Positions 20,973 to 33,742 are shown, counted from the stretch's first letter. The stretch is DNA of 64,000 bases from an uncultured delta proteobacterium (GCA_963708295.1 CAVPSJ010000008.1:32001-96000); one strand, 5' to 3'. A program made the numbers and translations. The notes: a model not told the origin generated them from the letters alone.

Positions 20973-21430
20973 AACCTCTCCTTTCTATATCTTACCAAAA
21001 AAGGTAAGGGGAATTCTATTTTTCTAGGAAAAAGGCTCGGGTGAAACGTTGCTTTGGCCCGGTCACAGAGGATGCATTACGATATAGTTACAGCAGAAAT
21101 TCTCACATCTATGGGCTGGTACTATCTGGTCATCCTTCTCCTGGTTGCCTTCGACCTTAAGAGCAAAAAAAAGAGCTTCGGACATTTTTGTCAATCGATG
21201 TGTTATTTTGTATCAACAAAACTGAAGATTGGCACTTGCGCCTAAATGGGCATACTGGATAATCAATTGAATCTATTCTGAAATTATTATTGGCAAACCA
21301 CTGGCATATTTCTTAATTTTTTGCACAGATTTTGCAGCCAAAATACCTTATTCCACATGGCTGTCTAACGGTACCAGTCCGATAAGTCGAGAGGTTCACA
21401 CTACTCACTCTTAAACAGAGAGGAGGAACA

Positions 21431-22417
21431 ATGTATAGCAGACTAACGGCATGGCAAAATGCCACAAGAGACGCAAAAAACAACCTTCCAGGCAGGAGTG
21501 ACCAACAATTCTCTTCGTTTGAGAAAGAGCTGATGGCAATGGCCAGGAATGAGGCCCGGCAAATTACCTCTTCCTATGGCCCCCAATTAGAGGTCCTCAA
21601 CGGAAAACACAAACCCTTGCTTATGGATTATGAACGTATCTCCAAAGATTATGAAGCTCATGCGGCCAGGATCAATCGCAGTGAACCCAGTGTGGAGTTG
21701 ACCAGGACAAAATACTATGTGCTGATGGCTTTATTTGTCCTGGGTGAAATTCCCATGAATTCCCTCGCCTTCGCAGTGTTTGGAGAAAACCAGATCTTTA
21801 CATGGGTCATGGCGATCGGCGTAGCCGTAGCGATTCCATGGATTGCCCACGCCATGGGGATTCTTTTGAAGCGTTGGTCTGATCCATGGTGGAAAAACGC
21901 CATCGGCATCGGATCACTCCTTTTCCTTACCATCGGAGGCCTGGTGGCGATCGGCTACGTACGTGTCCAGTACCTGGGTGACCTCAGCAAAACGGGAGCA
22001 GTGATCGGCTTCGGCAATAGTACTCTGATAGGCGCTGCTTTTGTTGGCCTGAACCTGGTCATTTTAGCCGCAGCGACACTCTGTTCTTATTTTGCCCATG
22101 ACACGGACCCCATGCTAGAGCATTTACATCGAAGGACGAATCAACTGGACAAGGCCAGGCGATCCATCGAAGCAAAGTACAGGAAAATCCTGACCGAACA
22201 ACAACAAAAATTACACCGGATTCAGCAACGAACCCAGGAGATCATCCATTACTACCGCAAAATCAACCTGCGGAAGCGCCCTGACCATGAAAAGCCAAAA
22301 TCCTTTGACCGGGATCATGAGTTGGGTGTTGAGTTTGAAAATGGAGACCAAGACATTAAACCGGAAACCGAGACCACTCGTCTGAAAATGGTGGCAGCCG
22401 GTCAAACCCGTTCATAA
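21431..22417 (+). CDS. Hypothetical membrane protein (about 4 TM, flanking coiled coils)
   Basis: GAGGAGG RBS; four hydrophobic segments; charged helical termini. Confidence 0.75.
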   Translation: MYSRLTAWQNATRDAKNNLPGRSDQQFSSFEKELMAMARNEARQITSSYGPQLEVLNGKHKPLLMDYERISKDYEAHAARINRSEPSVELTRTKYYVLMALFVLGEIPMNSLAFAVFGENQIFTWVMAIGVAVAIPWIAHAMGILLKRWSDPWWKNAIGIGSLLFLTIGGLVAIGYVRVQYLGDLSKTGAVIGFGNSTLIGAAFVGLNLVILAAATLCSYFAHDTDPMLEHLHRRTNQLDKARRSIEAKYRKILTEQQQKLHRIQQRTQEIIHYYRKINLRKRPDHEKPKSFDRDHELGVEFENGDQDIKPETETTRLKMVAAGQTRS

Positions 22418-22438
22418 GGATTGAGGTGAAAAATCCAA

Positions 22439-23227
22439 ATGAAACAGCGGCAACTGAGACTGTTGGGGCTTATCATGATTGGCACGTTTTTGTTGTGCAG
22501 TCCGTCGAACTGGAGTGGCGACGCTTTCGCAAAATCCGAAAACCCCGCCCAACCTCCACGGCTGATCGTAATTTTTGTGGACATGTCGGCCAGCGCAGAT
22601 CAGGCCCGGCGTACCGTCTGTAAGGAGGCGTTTGAGAAGATCTATCAGAATCTTCGGCAGGGGGATCGCGTGGTGGTGGGGACCATCACCAGTCAATCCT
22701 ATGTCGAATTCAAACCGGCCGTGGATGAGGAGATTCCGAAAAAAACGGTTTGGGATAACCGCCTTCAGTATGAGAAAAAACTGACAGATACCAAGGAGAA
22801 GATTCGGAGGGAAGCGAATAAACTCCTCTCGCAAAAGGAGGGGACTTTGCTGACGGAGATCTTAGATTCGCTCAATATTGCCGATATCATTTTTCATGAC
22901 GGGAAGGAGCGTCAAAAGGTTTTGGTTCTTCTTTCTGATATGATCCAGGATTCAAAGGAGTACAGATTTGATAAGGACAAGATTACAGACGAGTATATTA
23001 ACAATGTCATACGGTCTCGGCAAAAGAGCAAGCTCGTTCCAAACCTTGCCAATGTCAAGGTCTATGTGGCAGGGGCCAGTGCGGCCGATTCCGAAAAATT
23101 TCGAGCGATACAAGCATTTTGGGCTCGCTATTTCGCCGAAAGCAAAGCGGATTTCTCCCCTCATCGCTACGGCCATTCCCTGATCAATTTTGAAAATGGA
23201 TCCCAACCAAAATCAGCCCCAAAATGA
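22439..23227 (+). CDS. Exported vWA-like domain protein
   Basis: Signal peptide; IVIFVDMSAS (MIDAS DxSxS), VLVLLSDMIQDS. Confidence 0.7.
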   Translation: MKQRQLRLLGLIMIGTFLLCSPSNWSGDAFAKSENPAQPPRLIVIFVDMSASADQARRTVCKEAFEKIYQNLRQGDRVVVGTITSQSYVEFKPAVDEEIPKKTVWDNRLQYEKKLTDTKEKIRREANKLLSQKEGTLLTEILDSLNIADIIFHDGKERQKVLVLLSDMIQDSKEYRFDKDKITDEYINNVIRSRQKSKLVPNLANVKVYVAGASAADSEKFRAIQAFWARYFAESKADFSPHRYGHSLINFENGSQPKSAPK

Positions 23228-23303
23228 AACAGGGCCTCACGTTTGCAGTGCTGTTGGTTTAAAGTAACGATTGGTCAGCCTGCCTATTCACCGGTCCACA
23301 AAC

Positions 23304-23693
23304 TCAGTGGGTATGATGCTCCTCTTCAGCTTTGTCTGCCTCGGCCTTGGTTTTGTGCACTGTGCCGTCGGGGTGGTTTGGCGGCGAATAGATGGTGTAT
23401 AGCTTCAACCGACCCCTTCCGGTGTTTATCACGTTGTGGAAGGTTCCCGCCGGGACAATGACCGCCTCGCCGTCATGGACCACATGCTCCTCTTTTTCAT
23501 TGAAAATGAATTTTGCCTCGCCTTGCTCAATCCTGAAGAACTGGTCTACATGAGGGTGGACCTCGTCTCCAATTTCCTCTCCTCGTTGAAGGCACATCAC
23601 AACCAGTTGAGCATTGTTTGCCGTGAACAAAACCTGCCTGAAATAATTGTTCTTCAATGTCTGCTTCTCGATGTTTCCAACATAACCTGTCAT
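23304..23693 (-). CDS. Cupin domain protein
   Basis: EIGDEVH..DQFFRIEQG, VPAGTFHNVIN, YTIYSPPNH. Confidence 0.9.
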   Translation of the reverse strand: MTGYVGNIEKQTLKNNYFRQVLFTANNAQLVVMCLQRGEEIGDEVHPHVDQFFRIEQGEAKFIFNEKEEHVVHDGEAVIVPAGTFHNVINTGRGRLKLYTIYSPPNHPDGTVHKTKAEADKAEEEHHTH

Positions 23694-23957
23694 TCTGGCA
23701 CCTCCTTGTAGGATTTTATTTTAATGTGCCGTTCGTCTTTCATGGAATTCTTCGGGATCTGAGATCCACCTCCTCCTGGTGGGATCTCTTACTTCATTCG
23801 TACAGATCCATGATACCCTTACCTACTTCTACTTGAGGATAGGGCGAGGGGTTGCACCTGAGTTGGTTCGGCGGCGATACGCCGTCCGCGGAACCGGTTG
23901 TTAGCTGACCGTATTTTATCTCCCTGTCAGAACCCCTCGAAGACGTTTATGCTACGA

Positions 23958-26195
<2,238 letters not shown>

Positions 26196-26281
26196 CTATG
26201 TATAATAGTGTTTCGCTGCCCATCTAGCTAACAGTTAATGGACGAAACCGATGCCAAGAAAGAGAGAAAGGCATAGGGCCG

Positions 26282-26752
26282 TCAGGCATTCTCTTCCTCG
26301 ACACGCTTATCCCCGCCCTCTTTTGTTTTTGCATGGCAGTCCCTGCAATACCCGTAATACTCCAGCCGGGTGTCAGTGATCGAGAAGCCGGTCTTCTTCA
26401 CGACCCTCCTGGGGTCAACAGTAATGGGGACTTTGTAATCGAGTATCTTCTTACATTTCTCGCAGACCAGATTAATATGCTCTTCAAGATTCCCTTCGTA
26501 GCGGTTTTCCATCTTGTCAAACTGAAGCGTCTTGATGATTCCGTGGCGGGATAGCTCGTTGAGCGTCGCATAAGTGGTCGATAAGCTTACATTCTTCTTT
26601 TTCTTCCTTGCCTCCTCATAAACCAGACGCGCGCCGGGATGAAGATCCCTCTGCTCGATCAGCACCTCGATGATCACCACTCGTTGAGGGGTGACTTTTA
26701 ATCCCCTCTCCCTCAGTTGTTTGATGATCGCTTCTTTAGTGATGTTTTCCAA
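26282..26752 (-). CDS. Fur-family regulator, probably PerR-like
   Basis: GLKVTPQR, HPGA, HINLVCEKC, GYCRDC; directly upstream of katG. Confidence 0.88.
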   Translation of the reverse strand: MENITKEAIIKQLRERGLKVTPQRVVIIEVLIEQRDLHPGARLVYEEARKKKKNVSLSTTYATLNELSRHGIIKTLQFDKMENRYEGNLEEHINLVCEKCKKILDYKVPITVDPRRVVKKTGFSITDTRLEYYGYCRDCHAKTKEGGDKRVEEENA

Positions 26753-26778
26753 TTCGGAACCATTCCAGATTAAATTTC

Positions 26779-26807
26779 AGTATAATAACTCACCCGACAT
26801 CTGTCAA
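26779..26807 (-). promoter_or_regulatory. Sigma70 promoter of the Fur-family/katG unit
   Basis: TTGACA, 17-nt spacer, TATACT on the minus strand. Confidence 0.65.
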
Positions 26808-27072
26808 GGCTTACTTTTAGACAAAATTACGAGTGGATTGGGGGGGGAGAGAATGGGATCTTATCTCCCAAGGAGGAATTTAATCCATAGTGTCCACCCC
26901 ATTAGGGACTGGCTATTAAGTCCAGCAGCGAATCGATTACAAATAAACTCTAAGAAGCTGCTGCGTGAATCGCAGTAAATGGTCTCCTTGCGTCCTAAGG
27001 GTTGATGTGCTACGAAGAAGTTGCTTTTTCGTTTAATTTGAACTTACCGTTGAAAGCGGAGGAAGAAAGTTT

Positions 27073-27825
27073 ATGGCTGAGCCATTTCTGGTTGCCCGGA
27101 AACTGCACAAGAGCTTTAACGGGCACCACGCCGTCCATGATGTTTCCTTCACTATCGAGAAGGGTGAAATCTTCGGTTTGCTGGGTCCCAACGGCGCCGG
27201 CAAAACGACCACGATCCGCATGCTGTCCACGGTCCTGCCCCCTGACCACGGCGATGTTACGATCGGCGGCTATTCACTCAGAGATAACGCGGCAGCCGCC
27301 CGAAGACTGATCGGTGTGTGCCCGCAGGACCTGGCCCTTTACCAGGACCTTTCCGCCCTGGATAATCTCATTTTCTTCGGTCGGATGGAAGGATTAAGCG
27401 GCAAAGAAGCGCGGGCACAGGCCGTGGCCAACCTGGAGCTGGTGGGCTTGCTGGAGAGGGCCAAAGAGAAGGTGGAGAAGTTTTCCACCGGCATGAAACG
27501 GCGGGTCAATCTGGTCGATTGCCCTGATGGGCGACCCCAGTCTCCTCTTTCTTGATGAACCCACCGTCGGCATCGACCCCCAGTCCCGTAACAATATCTA
27601 CGAGACCATCTTCGGCCTTCGCGACAAGGGGATGACCATCCTCTACACCACTCACTACATGGAAGAGGCCGACCGCCTGTGCAACCGGATTGCCATTATG
27701 GACGCCGGGAAAATCATCACCATGGATACGCCCAATCATCTGAAGAGCCAGGATAGGGGACGCCGGAGAAAACGACACTCGAAGACGTTTTCCTGAAGCT
27801 GACGGGCAGAAGCCTGCGGGATTAA
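27073..27825 (+). CDS. ABC transporter ATP-binding protein (frameshifted)
   Basis: GPNGAGKTT, FSTGMKRR, LFLDEPT, YTTHYMEE, LEDVFLKLTGRSLRD. Confidence 0.9.
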
Positions 27826-29013
27826 TTGAAAATGAGACGAGCTTTTTGGGTTGCCCTGAAAGAAGTGCGCCTCTTTTTGCAGGATAAAGGAGACTTGGCC
27901 TTCAGCCTGCTCTTGCCTATCGCTGTCTTCGCCCTCATGTATGGCGCTTTCGGGGGGCAATCCCTCTTTCACGGCATCGCCCACATCGTCAACGGAGACC
28001 CTGACGGCGCGTACTCGAAGCTCCTTCTGGAACGTCTGGACAAAAACGAGAACCTTGACATCGAGATGCACTCTGCCGCCGACGCCGAAACGAAGCTGGG
28101 AAACTCCGACCTGCAACTGGTCCTTTTTATCCCCGGTGATTTTTCCAGCAAGCTTGGCGCAGGAGAGAAGGCAACGCTGGTCTTCAAACAGCGGGGAAAC
28201 GGCGGTCAGGAAGGGCAGATTGTCGCCGGCATCATCCGGAGCGTTGCGCAGCAGATAGCGCAGGAAGTCCAGGTGCAGCGGCAGGTGCAGGCAGCCCTGG
28301 CCGGACAGAACATAAGCGGAGCCCAGGTGACCGTCGCCGTGCAGAAATTCATCGACCGTGAGCGAGAGCATCCCACCGTCCGTATTACTGAGACCATGGT
28401 GGGCGTCCGGCCTGACCCGGCAAAACAGTTTCTGCCCGGCATCCTGACGATGTTCATTCTTTTCGCGATCACTCTCAATGCCCGGGCAATTGTGGAGGAG
28501 CGCAAGAAGGGCACTCTTGAACGGCTGATGACCACCCGGCTCACCTCCGGTCAGCTTTTTGTCGGCAAATTTCTCGCCGGTATTTTCCGTGGTTTCATCC
28601 AGACCGTTATTTTGCTCATCCTGGCATACCTGGTTTTCCGGTTCTTTACCCCTCTTACCTTTCTGGAGTCCTTGCTGATCGCCCTTGTCTTTGCGGCGGC
28701 AGCCAGCGCCATCGGTCTGGTGATCGCCGTTATTGTTCGCACCGAAGACGCTGCGACCTGGGTTGCCGTATTCGTCACGATGCTGATGACCATGCTGGGG
28801 GGTACTTTCATCACGATCCGTCCGGGTTCGATATGGGACACCCTGAGCAAAATCTCCATCAATACTTATGCCAATAACGCCGTGAAGACCGTCGTTCTCA
28901 ATGGAGGCGCCTTTGCCGATATCGCGATGGATCTGGTGGTGCTGGCCGGAGTGGCGGTAGCAGGAGTCATCATCAGCCGCATCCTTTTCCGTATCGTACC
29001 CGGAGGCAAGTAG
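27826..29013 (+). CDS. ABC-2 type permease
   Basis: EERKKGTLERL motif, six-TM layout with extracytoplasmic domain. Confidence 0.9.
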   Translation: MKMRRAFWVALKEVRLFLQDKGDLAFSLLLPIAVFALMYGAFGGQSLFHGIAHIVNGDPDGAYSKLLLERLDKNENLDIEMHSAADAETKLGNSDLQLVLFIPGDFSSKLGAGEKATLVFKQRGNGGQEGQIVAGIIRSVAQQIAQEVQVQRQVQAALAGQNISGAQVTVAVQKFIDREREHPTVRITETMVGVRPDPAKQFLPGILTMFILFAITLNARAIVEERKKGTLERLMTTRLTSGQLFVGKFLAGIFRGFIQTVILLILAYLVFRFFTPLTFLESLLIALVFAAAASAIGLVIAVIVRTEDAATWVAVFVTMLMTMLGGTFITIRPGSIWDTLSKISINTYANNAVKTVVLNGGAFADIAMDLVVLAGVAVAGVIISRILFRIVPGGK

Positions 29014-29018
29014 TCTTT

Positions 29019-30269
29019 ATGAAACAGATGAAACGCGCCTGGTTTATCGCCATGAAGGACTTAAGACTTTTTGCCGCCCACCGCGGGGCGCTCTTCTTTG
29101 CCCTGCTCTTTCCCTTCTTCTTTGCCACGATGTTCTACTTCCTGATGCAGGGGGTCGGCGGGAGTGATAAAAGGCTGGAACTCCACCTGGTCACCCGTGA
29201 GACGCAGGGGATGAGCCACCAGATTATCGAAGCAATGGTCACCAAGGACGAAGCCCGGCTCAAACCGGGCGAGCCAAAAATCGTCTGGGACAAGGACTAT
29301 GAGAAAGCCAAGCGGGCGGTGGAGGACAAGAAGCTTGCAGGGTTCCTGGCTTTCCCCCCTGATTTCACCCAGGGCGTCTCGCTGGGCTACGGCGCCAACC
29401 TGGAAATCGTGGTCAATGCCGAGTCTCCCGGCTGCCCGCGCCGCGCTGCATGGCCTGGCACAGGGCATTGCTGCGCAGGCCGGAGCGCAGCAGGTTTCCA
29501 GTCCGCGCCACATTGGGCTTGCTCGTTGAGGGGGAAACGTCCTCGGGAAATCGCGCTCAACATCGCCCAGGTGATCCAGCAGATCCTGCCCAAGATATCC
29601 ACTCGGCAACCGACTGCGGAGGAGTCCCTCATTACCTTTGACATTCGGAAGGCAGGCGAAGTGGAAGCGAGAACCCGTCTAACTATGTCATCCCCGGCTA
29701 CCTGGTCATGTTCGTCTTCTTCGCAGCTGCGCTGGGGGCGGAGGCGATTGTCCGGGAGCGGCAGAACCAGACCCTGGAGCGGCTGTTGGCAAGCTCGGTG
29801 CGGCGGGAAGCGATACTTGGGGGGACTCTTTGCCGGTACCGCCTTAAAAGGATTGATTCAGATTATTCTCTTCTGGATCGTAGGGATCTTCGCCTTCAAG
29901 ATGAAGCTGGGAGCGTCGCCGGGCGGCGTTATCCTGATGTCCGTTTTGATGGTGCTGACGTCCTCCGCCTTTTCCATCATGCTGGCCACGCTGGCTAAAA
30001 CACGCCCGGCCGCCATTGCCGTCGGCGTGCTCACTTCGTTGATTCTGGCGCCGCTGGGCGGCTGCTGGTGGCCGCTTTTCATCACTCCGAAATGGATGCA
30101 GTTCCTTGCTCAGTTTACCCCCCATGGTTGGGCGACGCTGGGCTTTAACAAGCTGATGGTCTTTGGCGCCGATTTCAATGCCGCCCTTCCCAATATGCTT
30201 GCCCTCGTTGGATTCGCCGTGGTCTTCGGCATGATCGCAGTGTGGCGTTTCCGCACCAGCGCCACTTAA
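29019..30269 (+). CDS. ABC-2 type permease (compensating internal frameshifts)
   Basis: LGGCWWP, TPHGWA; RERQNQTLERLL motif lies in alternative frame 29708-29998. Confidence 0.85.
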   Translation: MKQMKRAWFIAMKDLRLFAAHRGALFFALLFPFFFATMFYFLMQGVGGSDKRLELHLVTRETQGMSHQIIEAMVTKDEARLKPGEPKIVWDKDYEKAKRAVEDKKLAGFLAFPPDFTQGVSLGYGANLEIVVNAESPGCPRRAAWPGTGHCCAGRSAAGFQSAPHWACSLRGKRPREIALNIAQVIQQILPKISTRQPTAEESLITFDIRKAGEVEARTRLTMSSPATWSCSSSSQLRWGRRRLSGSGRTRPWSGCWQARCGGKRYLGGLFAGTALKGLIQIILFWIVGIFAFKMKLGASPGGVILMSVLMVLTSSAFSIMLATLAKTRPAAIAVGVLTSLILAPLGGCWWPLFITPKWMQFLAQFTPHGWATLGFNKLMVFGADFNAALPNMLALVGFAVVFGMIAVWRFRTSAT

Positions 30270-30587
30270 CCGAATCTTATTTATATTTAGATAGATTATT
30301 TCAAAAATAGAAATTTGTAATTTTATGGAATCCCGCCTATCTGTCTGCGGTCAGCAAGGTTATAAACCGAGGAGATTAGGCAAAACTGATTTTCCAAGAC
30401 TTGACCCCATATCCCATTGCGGGTGGGACCAAGGCAAATATTGGATTTTATGAGTAACTTTTTGAAGACAGGAGGCTGTTTTTGGCTTTAGAATGGCCAT
30501 TTTGGGGTTGAAATCATCGTGCTTAGGAACTTTAAGTCTGGGCGCGCAGAAGCGGGATGGGATTGACTGGATTGGTGGACTGGCGAT

Positions 30588-30995
30588 TCAGGGCAGGCGG
30601 CTGATGCCTTCAAATTGCTCAAAATGTTTGTCAAAGGCAAAGGCGCTTTTCAGTTTGAGAGACCTCATGATGGAGAAGCTTGTGCAGTCGGTAAAACTGA
30701 AATCCTTGTCGGCGTATCGTTTGAAAATAGTAAAAGCCGCGTCCTCAATAGAAGGAGTCACTGTGACAATTTCAATGAAACCGCTTTTCTTCAGGTTCTC
30801 CCGGAAAAGAACGGCGATATGATGTGAAATCCTCGCCCTGAGGTAATTCATCGTCTCGCAGACAACGAAGTTTGTGGTGACAAACCGCGTCCCCTTTTCC
30901 TTTGCATTTCTGTAAAAGGCAGCAGCAGCCTTGTGGTTTTCGTCATCTGCATCGGTGAGCGCTATAAATGCCCCCGTGTCTACAAACAACTTCAT
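30588..30995 (-). CDS. vapC: PIN-domain toxin (VapC family)
   Basis: LFVDTGAFIAL, VVCET, FSFTDCTSF, FAFDKHF. Confidence 0.9.
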   Translation of the reverse strand: MKLFVDTGAFIALTDADDENHKAAAAFYRNAKEKGTRFVTTNFVVCETMNYLRARISHHIAVLFRENLKKSGFIEIVTVTPSIEDAAFTIFKRYADKDFSFTDCTSFSIMRSLKLKSAFAFDKHFEQFEGISRLP

Positions 30996-31243
30996 TGCTT
31001 TCTCCCGTAGAGGTAGCGGTCATGCTTTGAAGACGCATCTTTGATGCCTGATCTTGCGATTCCGATCACGTCTTCAAAAGGGTCCTTTTCGCGTTCTTCA
31101 GGCTGTGGAGCGGCAGCGAGAGACATCTCGATCGCTTCGCGGATAATCTGGTTCACGCTCTTCTTCTCCTCGATTGCTCTGTACTTGAGGGTCTTCAAGA
31201 GATCTTCGGGAAGCCGTATATTCGTTGCTATCGTTGCAGGCAT
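30992..31243 (-). CDS. RHH antitoxin (VapB-like)
   Basis: TNIRLPEDL..LK..A....SVNQIIREAI, C-terminal DASSKHDRYLYG; 4-nt overlap with toxin; GGAGG RBS. Confidence 0.85.
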   Translation of the reverse strand: MPATIATNIRLPEDLLKTLKYRAIEEKKSVNQIIREAIEMSLAAAPQPEEREKDPFEDVIGIARSGIKDASSKHDRYLYGRKQ

Positions 31244-31272
31244 AATGAACCTCCATTCAGTTACTGAATAAT

Positions 31273-31301
31273 ACCATAGCATCATAGTATCATGATGTCA
31301 A
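31273..31301 (-). promoter_or_regulatory. TA promoter with palindromic operator
   Basis: TTGACA-17-TATGGT; CATCAT-N6-ATGATG palindrome at 31280-31297 spanning the spacer and overlapping the -35. Confidence 0.65.
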
Positions 31302-31357
31302 GATATATTCTTTGCTATTGTCTTTGAATGCGGTATTGAGTCGCCGCATAGGTGATT

Positions 31358-31675
31358 CTAACGGTGTCGATCTGTCATGAGGGCAGGGTATTTAAAAGGG
31401 TATCCTATATTAACTAGGCCCTCTTTGATTCCTCTGGAAACCTCATTCGCGAAGCGATTCAAGGTTTGTTGATCCATCTTTTTATAGATGCCTTTATCTG
31501 CAAGAACCCAGACCTTCCTTTCGAGGAGGGAGATGAAGAAGAGAACTCCTGTACTCTTCTTTGTCCTGTAGAGTCCTCTCTCGAAAAAAGCCCCCTCAGC
31601 CCTCAGCCTGACTGCTTCCACTTTTCTTCTGATTCCGATAAAGGCCTTTTTCAACCGCTCGACTTTTATAAAGAG
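31358..31675 (-). pseudogene. Internal fragment of a TPM-domain (DUF477-like) membrane protein
   Basis: AFFERGLYRTKKSTGVLFFISLLERKVWVLADKGI; both ends missing. Confidence 0.7.
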
Positions 31676-31676
31676 G

Positions 31677-31829
31677 TAATGTTGCGGAGCACCAGGTCTT
31701 TGTAACGGTTCTCTTAATAGTCACTCCCCAGATTGGTATAGGACTGCCCGGTTGTGCACATGCGGTAGAAGAGGCGGGCGAGTTTATGGGGGTGTCGGTG
31801 ATCGCCTTTGGTGCCCCGAGACGGGCACG
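31677..31829 (-). mobile_element. IS110-family transposase C-terminal remnant
   Basis: RARLGAPKAIT..(frameshift)HKLARLFYRM...GQSYTNLGSDY*ENRYKDLVLRNIT matches the typical IS110 C-terminus (LGAPKAITATAHKLARL.Y). Confidence 0.7.
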
Positions 31830-32016
31830 ACTTTCGCGCCTTTGGCGTCAAGTCCCTCGCGTGGTCTAAAACCAACAAAAAACCCTTGTCTTATAGGCAA
31901 GATATTTATAAGATGAGAAGACTGGAGAAGGAGTTCGGCGGTCGGATGATTGGGAAGATAAGCAGAGCTCAAGGAATTTGTTCTAATTAGATTGAGGTCC
32001 TGTAAATGATCGGAGG

Positions 32017-33051
32017 TTGGGTGAAATGGTTAAGCAGGGTGTCCTAAGAAATCCATATTTAAGAAATATCTTGATCTCGTCCGTTATTATAGCGATAGCT
32101 TTAATCTTGTACGTTACGTTTCTTATTACGCCTTCATTCACTAAATTATTAATTAGTGCTACGAAAAACGATGCTGAACGTATAGCAAGGCATTTAACTT
32201 CCTCTATACTCATTTCAGAAAAAACTGAGATAGGAAAGGATTCTCTTAATACCCGACTATTAGAAAAAGAAATCGAGAAAATAGAAAGGGATTTTGAGTT
32301 GATGAACTTTAAGGTTTTCTCACCGTCGGGCGAGATTGTTTTCTCTGGTGACCAAAATGAGGTAGGAGAGATAAATCAGAAAGGATATTTTCACGATTTT
32401 GTTGCAAAAGGAAAAGTCTATGCAAAGGTGGTCCCCAAGGACGAGGATTCCCTTGAAGGTCGGAAAGTGACCAGGGACGTGTTGGAGACTTATGTGCCCC
32501 TCATGAACAATGGCAAGTTTTTGGGGGCTTTTGAAGTTTATTATGATATCACGGATAGAAAGAAACAACTTGATAAGCTCCTTTCGCGAACTTCCACCAT
32601 TATCATGATGTTTGCATCAGGGTTTTTGATCGCAATTATTTTCATACTGTATCAAGAGAATATTGCGATGAAAAAACGTAGACAATTGGAAGAGGAACAA
32701 TTCCAGAGAGAAAGGCTTCAAGGTGTCATTGAGATGGCGAGAGCAGCTTGTGACGAGTTAGATCGACCCTTACAGAGTCTTTTTGGAAATTCTCGTTTGT
32801 TATCTTTGTTATTATCCGATCTATCAGGAGACAGTCCACCGCTTGTGCAAATAAAAAAGATTGAAGAAATGGTTGATCAGTTGGGGCAGATAACGAAGAA
32901 AATCATGCATATCACGAGATATGAGACCAAGAAACACACCGACGGTTCCAATATTATTGATATCGACAAGGCTTCTTCATTAAAAATCTATCAAGAGAAA
33001 AATCCACCGGAAGAGAGCTCTGGTCATGTAAAAGGAGTAGGAAGGGTTTAG
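32017..33051 (+). CDS. Membrane sensor with Cache-like domain and degenerate HisKA helix, no HATPase domain
   Basis: Two TM segments, ETYVPL..GAFEVYYD, MARAACDELDRPLQ; AT-rich. Confidence 0.7.
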   Translation: MGEMVKQGVLRNPYLRNILISSVIIAIALILYVTFLITPSFTKLLISATKNDAERIARHLTSSILISEKTEIGKDSLNTRLLEKEIEKIERDFELMNFKVFSPSGEIVFSGDQNEVGEINQKGYFHDFVAKGKVYAKVVPKDEDSLEGRKVTRDVLETYVPLMNNGKFLGAFEVYYDITDRKKQLDKLLSRTSTIIMMFASGFLIAIIFILYQENIAMKKRRQLEEEQFQRERLQGVIEMARAACDELDRPLQSLFGNSRLLSLLLSDLSGDSPPLVQIKKIEEMVDQLGQITKKIMHITRYETKKHTDGSNIIDIDKASSLKIYQEKNPPEESSGHVKGVGRV

Positions 33052-33400
33052 GTTAGTATCCCAGATGACGATTAGCGAAGGAAATCTTTTTTCAAGATCG
33101 ATACCTGTCAGCCAATGACTTCAGGAAGCACCAAACAAAATTTCCTTTTTGAGAAGTTTGGAGTAGGTTGATAGGAAAATTTGGCCAGTGCACCTACAAA
33201 GGGTTAAAGATGGTTAGTGATAAATTCTATTGATTTTTGATTGAAAGAAAGAACAACTCCTCGGATGAACCCCAGGTGCTTCCCAAATGTGCCAATCTTT
33301 CCGAGAATTCGATTTTATCTGAATATGTGTTATGCTTCTTCGAGCAACTTTCGAAAAGGCTCTCAAAAGCATGAGAGAGAGGGTGACCCAAGGAAAAGAA

Positions 33401-33742
33401 ATGGCAGAAACAGTTGATGAAATCACCATAGACTGGACGGACGAAAACGGGCAGCAACTGGTAAGGCAGCTTAAGAAAGAAATCCTCACCAGTGGAGCGT
33501 GGTCAACGATCATGTTCTTGTACCAGGATTTTGACAAGAAGGCGGGCGATTGGGGACCCAAAAAGATCAGGGTAGTTCGCTACCAGAAGCGGGGAGGAAA
33601 GTACATTCCCCAGTCGAAATTTAATGTTTCCTCAGCCAAACAGGCAAGACAGATCATAGAAAGCTTACAAAACTGGCTACCCGAGATGGATAACCAAGGC
33701 AGTTCTGAAGATTTTAACGGCAACAGTAATGTCAAACCCTGA
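33401..33742 (+). CDS. Hypothetical protein
   Basis: MAETVDEITIDW...GAWSTIMFLYQD...RYQKRGGKY..QSKFNVSS; coding-like composition. Confidence 0.7.
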   Translation: MAETVDEITIDWTDENGQQLVRQLKKEILTSGAWSTIMFLYQDFDKKAGDWGPKKIRVVRYQKRGGKYIPQSKFNVSSAKQARQIIESLQNWLPEMDNQGSSEDFNGNSNVKP

